A stretch of DNA of 64,000 nucleotides, taken from contig OY764542.1 of NCBI GenBank assembly GCA_963668465.1, forward strand, positions 2,688,520-2,752,519, read 5' to 3'. This DNA comes from Dehalococcoidia bacterium. Lineage in GTDB: Bacteria; Chloroflexota; Dehalococcoidia; Lucifugimonadales; Australimonadaceae. Of the stretch, positions 27,270-35,696 are shown piece after piece; position 1 is the first letter of the stretch; each line of letters starts with the position of its first letter. The notes under the pieces were generated by a model. It worked only from the letters and a program-made list of their open reading frames with translations. It was not told where the DNA came from and ran no database searches. A program made the position numbers and the translations under genes.

Positions 27270-28809
27270 TGTCGTCGCTGTCGGGTGCGGACACGGCAGT
27301 CTGAGGCGTGGGGGTATCAGGCGTGGGAGTATCAGGCGTGGGAGTATCAGGCGTGGGAGTATCAGGTGTTGGGGTATCGGGCGTGAGGGGATCAGGCGTG
27401 GGAGTATCAGGTGTTGGGGTATCGGGCGTGAGGGGATCAGGCGTGAGGGTATCAGGCGTGAGGGTATCAGGCGTGGGGGTGTCGGGCGTGGGAGTATCAG
27501 GCGTGAGGGGATCAGGCGTGGGAGTATCAGGTATTGGGGTATCAGGCGTGAGAGTATCAGGCGTAGGGGTGTCGACGCCGTCGTTGTTCGTCTCCTCGTT
27601 TCCCTGGCCGACGCCTTGCTGCGTAGATGTAGGTATGGGAGGAGGAGCTGGAGGGGTGTCGTTGTCTGTGGGGGTAGGCGTGTCGATGCCGTCGTTGTCG
27701 GTCAGCAGCCCGGTGGTGTCGATGCCGTCGGAGTCAGTGCCGTCGTTGTCTGTGGGGGTAGGCGTGTCGATGCCGTCGTTGTCGGTCAGCAGCCCGGTGG
27801 TGTCGATGCCGTCGGAGTCAGTGCCGTCGTTGTCTGTGGGGGTAGGCGTGTCGATGCCGTCGTTGTCGGTCAGCAGCCCGGTGGTGTCGATGCCGTCGGA
27901 GTCAGTGCCGTCGTTGTCTGTGGGGGTAGGCGTGTCGATGCCGTCGTTGTCGGTCAGCAGCCCGGTGGTGTCGATGCCGTCGGAGTCAGTGCCGTCGTTG
28001 TCTGTGGGGGTAGGCGTGTCGATGCCGTCGTTGTCGGTCAGCAGCCCGGTGGTGTCGATGCCGTCGGAGTCAGTGCCGTCGTTGTCTGTGGGGGTAGGCG
28101 TGTCGATGCCGTCGTTGTCGGTCAGCAGCCCGGTGGTGTCGATGCCGTCGGAGTCAGTGCCGTCGTTGTCTGTGGGGGTAGGCGTGTCGATGCCGTCGTT
28201 GTCGGTCAGCAGCCCCGTGGTGTCGATACCGTCGGAATCAGTGCCGTCGTTGTCGGTGGGAGTGGGAGTATCCCCATCATCGTTGGCTTGAACTGCGGGC
28301 TGGACTGCGGGCTGGACTGCGGGCTGGACTGCGGGCTGGACTGCGGGCTGGACTGCCGCCTGGGCGGCAACGTTCACCAGCGCTGTTGATCCTCCGTCAT
28401 CTGTGGGAGTGGGGGTATCGATGCCGTCGGAGTCGGTGCCGTCGTTGTCGGTGGGAGTAGGGGTATCGATGCCGTCGGAATCTGTGCCGTCGTTATCGGT
28501 GGGAGTTGGCGTGTCCTCCTCATCGTCCCCCACGGCAGCAACCCGGGGAACGCCGGAGAGGAGGCCGTACCCATCGGCGTCGGGAGTATCGGCCCCGGAG
28601 TCCGGAGGGTCGCTCTCTACGCCTTCGTCATCGTCCAGGTCATCATCGTCGTCGTCCAGAGGCACGGCGGGTCGAGAGACGAGCACTGCATCGTCCGGTG
28701 AATCGCCGTCAACGTTGTCCAGGGGGATGGACGCGCAACTCCACACCAGGGCGGATGCCGCCACCAGCGAGAGCATGGTCATCGCAACTCGGAGCAGCTT
28801 GCTTTGCAT
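27250..28809 (-). CDS. secreted, highly acidic low-complexity repeat protein (thrombospondin type-3-like Asp-rich motifs)
   Basis: Start at ATG 28809 (MQSKLLRVAMTMLSLVAASALVWSC), 8 nt after GGGAG. Signal peptide, then DNDGTDSDGID-type motifs, AVQP x6, seven 28-aa units and about 18 (T/L)PDTP pentapeptides. I see no globular domain. Confidence 0.75.
   Translation of the reverse strand: MQSKLLRVAMTMLSLVAASALVWSCASIPLDNVDGDSPDDAVLVSRPAVPLDDDDDDLDDDEGVESDPPDSGADTPDADGYGLLSGVPRVAAVGDDEEDTPTPTDNDGTDSDGIDTPTPTDNDGTDSDGIDTPTPTDDGGSTALVNVAAQAAVQPAVQPAVQPAVQPAVQPAVQANDDGDTPTPTDNDGTDSDGIDTTGLLTDNDGIDTPTPTDNDGTDSDGIDTTGLLTDNDGIDTPTPTDNDGTDSDGIDTTGLLTDNDGIDTPTPTDNDGTDSDGIDTTGLLTDNDGIDTPTPTDNDGTDSDGIDTTGLLTDNDGIDTPTPTDNDGTDSDGIDTTGLLTDNDGIDTPTPTDNDGTDSDGIDTTGLLTDNDGIDTPTPTDNDTPPAPPPIPTSTQQGVGQGNEETNNDGVDTPTPDTLTPDTPIPDTPTPDPLTPDTPTPDTPTPDTLTPDTLTPDPLTPDTPTPDTPTPDPLTPDTPTPDTPTPDTPTPDTPTPDTPTPQTAVSAPDSDDSDDNNS
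27296..27575 (-). repeat. imperfect 15-bp in-frame tandem repeat (pentapeptide TPDTP/LTPDT)
   Basis: ggcgtgggagtatca-type units repeated throughout; translation DTPTPDTLTPDTPIPDTPTPDPLTPD... Confidence 0.85.
27658..28245 (-). repeat. 7 x 84-bp near-identical in-frame tandem repeat
   Basis: Unit gtcgttgtctgtgggggtaggcgtgtcgatgccgtcgttgtcggtcagcagcccggtggtgtcgatgccgtcggagtcagtgcc recurs with an exact 84-nt period. Only the last copy carries a few substitutions. It encodes DTPTPTDNDGTDSDGIDTTGLLTDNDGI. Confidence 0.95.
28291..28358 (-). repeat. 12-bp in-frame tandem repeat (AVQP)
   Basis: ctggactgcggg repeated 5-6 times. Confidence 0.85.
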
Positions 28810-29076
28810 AGCACGCACTCCCAACAAACCGAGGATGCAAGAGCGCCATCATCCTCAATGTACTGAGATAATCGTACGCCCCGTTGTCAATGGGGGCAAC
28901 GTTGGCAATCACGGGTGAGACCGGACTGCGAGGTCGCGCGCTGAGCGCGGGCTTCCCAGGAACGACGGAACGCGTCTCATCCTCCCGAAGTCACGGGGGC
29001 AGGCGTGCCCGGCAAGCACGGGGCGGGTAACCGGCATTGCTGAACGCCCCACCTCCAGAGACAAGCGGCCCAAACG

Positions 29077-29085
29077 TGGTAAGAT
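29077..29085 (+). promoter_or_regulatory. candidate extended -10 promoter element for the RRM protein gene
   Basis: TGgTAAGAT fits TGnTAnnnT, about 115 nt upstream of the start. There is no good -35 element. Confidence 0.3.
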
Positions 29086-29198
29086 GTCTGCACCTGTAGA
29101 TTTTGTGAGCTGCCGTTCTGTTCGCTAGGTCCGACACGCCAGGCCTGTGCTGGCGCTTCCAAGTCAAACGGGCAAACCCGACTCCAAAGGAGCGCCAG

Positions 29199-29474
29199 AT
29201 GAAGATATTCGTTGGAAACCTCAGCTTTAACACCAGTGACGACGACCTGCGAGACGCCTTCGCCCCCTACGGCGAAGTCGCCAGCGCACAGGTCATCACG
29301 GACCGGGAGACCATGCGATCGCGTGGCTTCGGTTTCGTCGAGATGGCCGACAGCGATGCAGAGCAGGCCATCCGGGCCATGAACGGCTCGGACCTTCAGG
29401 GCCGTGCCCTCAATGTCAACGAGGCCAGGCCTCGGGAAGACCGCGGCGCACGCGGCGGTTCCTGGGGCAGGTAG
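29199..29474 (+). CDS. RNA-binding protein with a single RRM domain
   Basis: RNP2 IFVGNL and RNP1 RGFGFVEM motifs, with a short Arg/Gly tail. AAGGAG upstream. Confidence 0.92.
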   Translation: MKIFVGNLSFNTSDDDLRDAFAPYGEVASAQVITDRETMRSRGFGFVEMADSDAEQAIRAMNGSDLQGRALNVNEARPREDRGARGGSWGR

Positions 29475-29556
29475 TCGCCCATAGGGCGTCAGGTCTGAGC
29501 GCGCCCCCGGTGTCGGCGGGGCGCCAACGACCAGGCCACGACTCCTGATCGCGAAA

Positions 29557-29590
29557 ACGGGGGCGGCTATGCCGCCCCCGTTCCTTTTAA
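29557..29590 (+). terminator. intrinsic terminator after the RRM gene
   Basis: ACGGGGGCGGC tat GCCGCCCCCGT followed by TCCTTTTAA. Confidence 0.65.
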
Positions 29591-29636
29591 CCTCATCCCG
29601 TAGGATACGGCCACCCAGGGATGAGGAGGACAGAGC

Positions 29637-30248
29637 GTGATTACGAATCGAGAGGATCGATTGAAACGGGTCGAGCGGCTTACCGAGACTCCGATGACGC
29701 TCTTCGCCATCTTCACGATACCCCTGCTGCTCGGTCCCTACCTCTGGGACGATGCACTTCACCTTGGATGGGACTTCGCGGTCTGGGGCATATTCGCTAC
29801 GGAATTCCTCATCAGGGTGAGCCTTGCGCCGGACAGACGTTCCTATCTCAGGGCGCACTGGATAGACGTTCTCCTGGTGGCGGTGCCCTTCTTCCGTCCG
29901 CTGCGGCTCTTGCGTGTGGCGGTCATCGCCCTGCGGATCGGTGCTGGAGTTGGCCACGCCCTCTCCATCGAGCGGATGCTCATCTATGCGACAACTCTTG
30001 CGGTGGTCTGCGCGTGCGCCGCGCGGATAGTGGAGCCGGAGACATTCCCGACGCTTACCGACGCCTTGTGGTGGGCGCTGGTTACGATGTCAACGGTGGG
30101 CTACGGCGACATCTCACCAGCGACGGATACCGGGAAGCTCGTGGCTGTTCCCCTGCTGATAGGAGGGATCACGGTCTTCGGTGTGCTGACGGCCAACCTC
30201 GCCTCAGTGATGGTCAGGGAGCAGGCCGAGGCGCGGAGGTCGGAGTAG
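29637..30248 (+). CDS. potassium channel (voltage-gated-like, TVGYGD selectivity filter)
   Basis: GTG start 6 nt after GAGGAGG. S4-like RPLRLLRVAVIALRIG, pore WWALVTMSTVGYGD, and an inner helix. Confidence 0.85.
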   Translation: MITNREDRLKRVERLTETPMTLFAIFTIPLLLGPYLWDDALHLGWDFAVWGIFATEFLIRVSLAPDRRSYLRAHWIDVLLVAVPFFRPLRLLRVAVIALRIGAGVGHALSIERMLIYATTLAVVCACAARIVEPETFPTLTDALWWALVTMSTVGYGDISPATDTGKLVAVPLLIGGITVFGVLTANLASVMVREQAEARRSE

Positions 30249-30326
30249 GGAGCGTTTCTGCGACCTATTCTAAGTCGACGGAGTTCCGCCCCTTCCCACT
30301 GCTTTCCTAAATTTTGCCAAGTTCTC

Positions 30327-31331
30327 TTATGGTGTGATTTCCATTATATCCAACAAAGACAGCCCATTAACTAAGTTCTGGTCTCCATAAATCTTGTATA
30401 TTTCAACCTCTTGCGGTACTAGTCGTGTGAATCTCCATATGAATCCGTTCGTGGTTATCCTGGCATTCGTGTACCTGTTATTCATTGTACTCTGGCCATT
30501 CGTGTGAAATGCTCCAAATACTGCATGCAACACTTCGTGTACTATAACTTCCCGGAGAACAGCCTGAGGTCTCATCAATCTTCCACGTTGTTCAAACCGA
30601 TGATAATCACAGATCGCCATCAACCCTCCTGAGAGTCTGGCAAAACCACCGATCTCCGAATAGCCGTCCTCGTTCTGCGCATCACACGTGTAGCCGCTGT
30701 CGAACACGTTGTTGTATGCGGCTGCAGCGGCAAATACCATGTAGTCGTTACTGTTGTCTATCACACATTCTGCGGTCTCTCTGGCCGGGATGTGCAACCA
30801 TTGCGAAACGATCTCATCCATTACCTCGTGTATCAGTTCTTCGGTTCTGACCGGATTCCAGAAATTGTCTGTGGTGAACGATTCATGTATGCAATACAGA
30901 CCCGTGAAAGCCGACGCGTGCTTATTGACGTTCAATGGCAGGCCATACGCTTCACTTGCGATCAGGTTGTACTGCTCGCTCGTTACCCTGACTCTAAAGA
31001 CTGGCGTAGGCGTTGCGGTAGGAAGCGGCGTAGCTGTGGGTGTTGCAGTGGGTGCTGGAGTTGGGGTAGAAGTTGCCGTTGGTACCGGCGTTGGTGTGTG
31101 CGTGGCCGTGGGTGTTGGCGTTGGCGCGGGAGTCGCCGTTGCCGTCGGCGTCGGTGTGTGCGTAGCCGTAGGAACCGGTGTAGGCGTTGCCGTAGGAACC
31201 GGCGTTGGCGTGTGCGTGGCCGTAGGAGTTGGCGTTGGGGCGGGTGTCGCTGTAGGAGTTGGTGTTGGTGTAGCTTCCGTGCAACCCAGAAGAACCAGCA
31301 GCACACCTATCACTGTTGCTCTTATCTTCAC
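30327..31331 (-). CDS. lipoprotein: Pro/Thr linker plus low-GC zincin-like domain ([12 protein letters not shown])
   Basis: Lipobox LLVLLGC, then about 95 aa of PTPT(A/V) linker, then a ~220-aa domain with an HExxH-containing motif. The domain-coding DNA is 38-45% G+C in the two 60-nt lines I counted. Confidence 0.7.
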   Translation of the reverse strand: MKIRATVIGVLLVLLGCTEATPTPTPTATPAPTPTPTATHTPTPVPTATPTPVPTATHTPTPTATATPAPTPTPTATHTPTPVPTATSTPTPAPTATPTATPLPTATPTPVFRVRVTSEQYNLIASEAYGLPLNVNKHASAFTGLYCIHESFTTDNFWNPVRTEELIHEVMDEIVSQWLHIPARETAECVIDNSNDYMVFAAAAAYNNVFDSGYTCDAQNEDGYSEIGGFARLSGGLMAICDYHRFEQRGRLMRPQAVLREVIVHEVLHAVFGAFHTNGQSTMNNRYTNARITTNGFIWRFTRLVPQEVEIYKIYGDQNLVNGLSLLDIMEITP

Positions 31332-31388
31332 GTTACGGCCGGTCTACTTCTTCCGTCAGGCCCGGATGCATGTCGTCCCATCGCATCC

Positions 31389-31568
31389 TCAGCCTCCAGC
31401 CATCGGGTTGACCGGCGACTCCTCCAGCGGGACGACGTCCTCGCGGGTGGTGGTGCTGGTGTCCCACTCTTCGTAGGGGATATCCTCGGCAGCGTCGGCG
31501 GCCTCCTTCTCGTTGGAGGCTTCGACGGTCGTCCTGTAGAGGACCTCGTGGCTGACCAGGAATTTCAT
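31389..31568 (-). CDS. small acidic hypothetical protein (59 aa), below the ORF-track size cutoff
   Basis: ATG 31568, 34 nt after the carboxyltransferase stop. Product MKFLVSHEVLYRTTVEASNEKEAADAAEDIPYEEWDTSTTTREDVVPLEESPVNPMAGG. GC3-rich codons, but no clear SD. Confidence 0.35.
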   Translation of the reverse strand: MKFLVSHEVLYRTTVEASNEKEAADAAEDIPYEEWDTSTTTREDVVPLEESPVNPMAGG

Positions 31569-31602
31569 GAGGGCGCCTGGAAGGTTCGTGGTGGTGCGAA
31601 CC

Positions 31603-33168
31603 TTAGAGCGGGATGTTGCCGTGCTTCTTGGGCGGCAGGGTGTCGCGCTTGTTCTGGAGGGCGTCGAGCGCGTGGATGAGCCGGGGTCGCGTCTGCGCCG
31701 GGTCGATCACGTCGTCGATGAAACCGCGCTCCGCGGCCTGGTAGGGGTTCGCGAAGCTGTCGCGGTACTCCTCGATGAGCTCGGCGCGGGTCGTCTCGGG
31801 GTCCTTGGCGTCGGCGAGCTGTCGCCGGTGGATGATGTTGACGGCGGCGTCCGGCCCCATGACCGCGATCTCGGCGGACGGCCACGCTAGGTTGATGTCG
31901 GTGCGGAGGTGCTTGCTCCCCATGACGACGTACGCGCCGCCGTACGCCTTGCGGGTGACGACGGTGATCTTCGGCACGGTGGCCTCTGCGTAGGCGTAGA
32001 GCAGTTTCGCGCCCTGCCGGATGATGCCCCGGTGCTCCTGGTCCTGCCCCGGCATGTAGCCGGGCACGTCCGCGAACGTGATGATGGGGATGCTGAAAGC
32101 GTCGCAGAAGCGGACGAACCGCGCCGCCTTCACCGAGGCGTGGATGTCGATGACCCCCGCGAGGTAGGCGGGCTGCTGCGCAACGATGCCCACGCTGCGG
32201 CCGTTCATCCGTCCGAAGCCGATGATCATGTTGGGCGCGAACTCGTGCTGGATGTTGAGAAACTCGCCGTGGTCGACGACGCGCCCGATGACGTCCAGCA
32301 TGTCGTAGGAGCGGGCAGACTCTTGCGGCACGACGTCGCGCAGCTCTTCGTCGGCGCGGTCCACGGGGTCGTCCAGGTCGCCCATGGGTGGGTCGTCCAT
32401 GTTGTTGAGCGGGATGAAGCTGAGGAGGAAGCGGATGGTCTCCATGCATTCTTCCTCGGAATCGAGGGTGAAGTGGGAGACGCCCGAGAGTGTGGCGTGG
32501 GTGTCCGCGCCGCCGAGGGCCTCGTGGGTGATCTCTTCGCCGGTGACGGCCTTGATGACGTCCGGCCCGGTGATGAACATCTGGGAGATGCCCCGCACCA
32601 TGAGGGTGAAGTCGGTGATGGCCGGCGAGTAGACCGCTCCGCCAGCGGATGGGCCGAGGATGGCCGATATCTGCGGGACGACGCCGGAGGCGAGGGTGTT
32701 GCGCATGAAGATCTCGCCGTAGCCCGCGAGGCTGACGACGCCCTCCTGGATGCGCGCGCCGCCGGAGTCCGAGATGCCGATGATGGGCGCGCCGTTCCGC
32801 ATGGCGAGGTCCATCACCTTGCATATCTTCTCGGCGGCAACCTCGGAGAGCGAGCCGCCGAAGACGGTGAAGTCCTGCGAGTAGATGTAGGCGGTGCGGC
32901 CGGTGATCTTGCCGTAACCGGTGATGACGGAGTCGCCGGGGAACTTCTTGTCCGCCGAGCCGAACTCGCTGGAGCGGTGGGTGACGAACGAGCCCAGCTC
33001 CTCGAATGAGCCAGGGTCGACGAGGAGCTCGATGCGCTCGCGGGCGGTCAGCTTGCCGCGTGCGTGTTGCTGTTCCGCGCGCGCTTCGCCTTCCGACGAA
33101 GTGATCTTGTCTTTTCGGCGGCGGAGCTCATCCAGCGCCTTGTTGGTGGTCTTCTCAGCGGTCATCAC
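31603..33168 (-). CDS. acyl-CoA (propionyl-/methylmalonyl-CoA type) carboxyltransferase beta subunit
   Basis: 521-aa ORF. Two crotonase-like halves with GGARIQEGV and [15 protein letters not shown] motifs, typical of PccB/AccD5. Confidence 0.92.
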   Translation of the reverse strand: MMTAEKTTNKALDELRRRKDKITSSEGEARAEQQHARGKLTARERIELLVDPGSFEELGSFVTHRSSEFGSADKKFPGDSVITGYGKITGRTAYIYSQDFTVFGGSLSEVAAEKICKVMDLAMRNGAPIIGISDSGGARIQEGVVSLAGYGEIFMRNTLASGVVPQISAILGPSAGGAVYSPAITDFTLMVRGISQMFITGPDVIKAVTGEEITHEALGGADTHATLSGVSHFTLDSEEECMETIRFLLSFIPLNNMDDPPMGDLDDPVDRADEELRDVVPQESARSYDMLDVIGRVVDHGEFLNIQHEFAPNMIIGFGRMNGRSVGIVAQQPAYLAGVIDIHASVKAARFVRFCDAFSIPIITFADVPGYMPGQDQEHRGIIRQGAKLLYAYAEATVPKITVVTRKAYGGAYVVMGSKHLRTDINLAWPSAEIAVMGPDAAVNIIHRRQLADAKDPETTRAELIEEYRDSFANPYQAAERGFIDDVIDPAQTRPRLIHALDALQNKRDTLPPKKHGNIPL

Positions 33169-33367
33169 ATCCCTGCGCGCGGCGTTCGCCGCACCTGAGG
33201 AATCCTATCATCGCCTGCACGTGCGGGCAAAACCGCGCACGCCGCGATGAGATGGGGACGCTCCACCGCTGTAAGGTTGTTGATTCGTGCAGGCGTGAGT
33301 GGGAGTCCGAGGATTGCCCTATGCGTTATGATGTAAGGCGGACTCTGCGCACAGAGACAGGAACCGC

Positions 33368-34051
33368 ATGAGCACAGGCCACTACTACCAGTCCGACGAA
33401 GAGATCATCAGGCGTCTCCAGGTGATCCTTCACGAGCACGGAGACGGACCCAGGGACCGCGCGCGCTTCGAGAACGGAGTCCGCGAGGTGCGGAACCTCA
33501 CTGCCGAATTGGCCGAGCGCATCTACCGCGAACCCGACGTCTGGGGCATCGACGAGATCCCTGCGGAGTACCGCACGGACGCTGCGGCAGACGCACTGCT
33601 GCAGATGCTCTCCCGCGTGTCCACGATGGGCAGCCCCCGGAACATCCGGGAGTGGTACGTGAACGCGGTGGAGGTCCGCTTCAAGGAGCTCTGGAGCGAG
33701 GCGGACCGGGAGTCTAAGGCGCGCGAGAGCGAGGATGCTATCGCGCGTTCCAGGGAAGAGGCGGCGGAGAGCGGCCATGGCGCGTCGTCGGTCTTCGAGG
33801 AGAACGCGGAGCTATGGCAGCGCTTCGAAGGTGAGTTCCCGCGGGACGCCTTCGCCCTGCGGCTTCGCTACCAGCTGAGCCGGACGCCCGATGAGATGGC
33901 GGTCATGCTGGATGCGCCGAGCGACCGCGCGATCACGATACGCCTGAACCGCGCCAAGGAGCGGTTCCGCATGTACTGCGAACAGGCCGGGTTGAGCCAG
34001 CGGGAGACCGCGGGGATACTGGCGCAATTCGCAGAGGAGCGGTCTTCGTGA
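33368..34051 (+). CDS. hypothetical protein with C-terminal sigma-70 region-4-like HTH
   Basis: 227-aa ORF. C-terminus ALRLRYQLSRTPDEMAVMLDAPSDRAITIRLNRAKERFRMY resembles sigma region 4. I recognise no region 2. Its stop overlaps the GTG start of the ftsZ ORF (GTGA). Confidence 0.6.
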   Translation: MSTGHYYQSDEEIIRRLQVILHEHGDGPRDRARFENGVREVRNLTAELAERIYREPDVWGIDEIPAEYRTDAAADALLQMLSRVSTMGSPRNIREWYVNAVEVRFKELWSEADRESKARESEDAIARSREEAAESGHGASSVFEENAELWQRFEGEFPRDAFALRLRYQLSRTPDEMAVMLDAPSDRAITIRLNRAKERFRMYCEQAGLSQRETAGILAQFAEERSS

Positions 34052-35535
34052 CACAACGTTCTACCACTACCTTCCGCTCGGGGAAGGGGCCATGGGTGCG
34101 TTTCGCCATGGGAGCCGGCGAGCGCTGGCTCGGCCTCTCCGGGCGGATAACGACCGAGATGCGGCAGTTCGGGTCGTATCTCCGGCTGATGCGCTATCGA
34201 CAGGGCTACAGCATCCGCGAACTCTGCGACGAGCTGGAGATCCCGTACGAGGACATCATGATGCTGGAGGTGGGCCTCCTCAAGCCATCGGAGGTGCCGT
34301 CCCCCGTGTGGGTGCGCCTGATGCGCCTGCTGGAAGGCCGGGAAGTGCTCGTCCGGCGCGCGTACGCGGACGAGGCCGAGGAGGAGCTTGACGCCGATGA
34401 GCTGTGGGCCGAGGGAGACGACAGCGACCCGTCCGGCAAGATAGCGCTGGGCCTCGGCCAGACGCTCGGCGTGGCGAGCATCAAGGTGGTTGGCGTGGGC
34501 GGCGGCGGCTCCAACGCGGTGCGCCGGATGTACCAGCAGCGCGTTCCGGGCGTCGAGTACATCGCAGTGAATACGGACGCCCAGCACCTGATACGGCTCG
34601 ACGTTCCCAGGAAGGTGCGCATCGGCGACCGGCTCACCCGTGGACTCGGCGTGGGCGGCAACCCCGAGCTGGGCCGCGAGGCGGCGGAGGAGTCCCGCGA
34701 GGACCTGTACGACCTGCTCAGCGGCACGGACCTCGTGTTCGTGGCCGCGGGCATGGGTGGCGGCACGGGAACCGGCGCGGCGCCTGTCGTGGCGGAGATC
34801 GCCAAGGAGGTCGGGGCGCTCACCATCGCCGTGGTCACGAAGCCGTTCGGCTTCGAAGGGCAGCAGCGCTCGGTGCAGGCGGACGAAGGCATCATGCGTC
34901 TCCGCGAGCACGTCGACACGTTGATCCTGATCCCGAACGACCGGCTCTACGCGGTGTCCGACGAGCGCATGACCGCGGAGAACGCCTTCCGCATCGCGGA
35001 CGACGTGCTACGCCAGGGCGTGCAGTCAATCTCCGAACTGGTGATGGTTGCCGGCGACATCAACCTCGACTTCGCCGACATCCGCGCGGTCATGGCCGGC
35101 GCAGGCTCCGCCTGGATGGCGATAGGCCACGGACGGGGCAAGGACAGGGCTTACGAGGCCGCACGCGCGGCGATGGCAAGCCCGCTGCTCCACGTTCCGG
35201 TGGAAGGCGCGACCCGCGTGCTGCTGAACATCACCTACGGCCCGGACGTGACGCTGCAAGAGGTGTACGAGGCCTCGGACATCATCAAGGGCCTCGTCGA
35301 CCCGCACGCGAACATCATCTTCGGCATGATCACGGACCACAACATGGAAGACGAGGTGCGCGTCACGGTGGTGGCAACCGGCCTCACCGGAGGCGAGAGC
35401 GTCGTATCGCAATCGCTCGACCAGATCCTCCAGGGGGCGCTGGACTCCAGCGAGTCCAACAGTTCGATGCCGGGCTTCCTGCAGCGCATCGCGCGCTTCT
35501 TCAGCAACCTGTTCGGCGGCGGCGGCAGAAACTAG
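34048..35535 (+). CDS. ftsZ: cell division protein FtsZ with N-terminal XRE-like HTH extension
   Basis: Core IKVVGVGGGGSNAV...NTDAQHL...GMGGGTGTGAAPV and C-terminal peptide MPGFLQRIARFF. The GGGG loop sits at residue ~151 of the ORF. Residues ~38-95 read like an XRE HTH (LRLMRYRQGYSIRELCDELEIPYEDIMMLEVG). The exact start is uncertain. Confidence 0.9.
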   Translation: MTQRSTTTFRSGKGPWVRFAMGAGERWLGLSGRITTEMRQFGSYLRLMRYRQGYSIRELCDELEIPYEDIMMLEVGLLKPSEVPSPVWVRLMRLLEGREVLVRRAYADEAEEELDADELWAEGDDSDPSGKIALGLGQTLGVASIKVVGVGGGGSNAVRRMYQQRVPGVEYIAVNTDAQHLIRLDVPRKVRIGDRLTRGLGVGGNPELGREAAEESREDLYDLLSGTDLVFVAAGMGGGTGTGAAPVVAEIAKEVGALTIAVVTKPFGFEGQQRSVQADEGIMRLREHVDTLILIPNDRLYAVSDERMTAENAFRIADDVLRQGVQSISELVMVAGDINLDFADIRAVMAGAGSAWMAIGHGRGKDRAYEAARAAMASPLLHVPVEGATRVLLNITYGPDVTLQEVYEASDIIKGLVDPHANIIFGMITDHNMEDEVRVTVVATGLTGGESVVSQSLDQILQGALDSSESNSSMPGFLQRIARFFSNLFGGGGRN

Positions 35536-35605
35536 CCCTCCCCCCGCCGTTCCCGCGCTCTAGCGCCCCGCCTTAGCGCATCCCCCCGCTCATGGCGATG
35601 TTCCC

Positions 35606-35696
35606 CGCTCATGGTGAGCCTGTCGAACCACCCTGCCGAGGCCCGCGCCTCAGCGCGCACCCCCTCCCCCGCGCTCATGGTGAGCCTGTCGAACCC
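35606..35696. repeat. REP family C, two copies (GCTCATGGTGAGCCTGTCGAACC)
   Basis: Copies at 35606-35636 and 35671-35696. Further copies at 46409-46440, 61286-61312 and 61330-61357, with a partial copy at 61381-61397. Confidence 0.85.

Noticed and set aside
27658-28245. Regular 84-bp repeat array considered as a possible CRISPR array
   Set aside because: The units are contiguous with no unique spacers. They lie in-frame inside a long ORF with a signal peptide and encode a sensible 28-aa peptide repeat. No cas genes are present.
31565-32824. 419-aa minus-strand ORF, and plus-strand ORFs such as 31909-33009, overlapping the carboxyltransferase gene
   Set aside because: These are alternative frames of a gene with clear PccB/AccD-type sequence. 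Their products are Arg/His/Pro/Gly-rich with no motifs.
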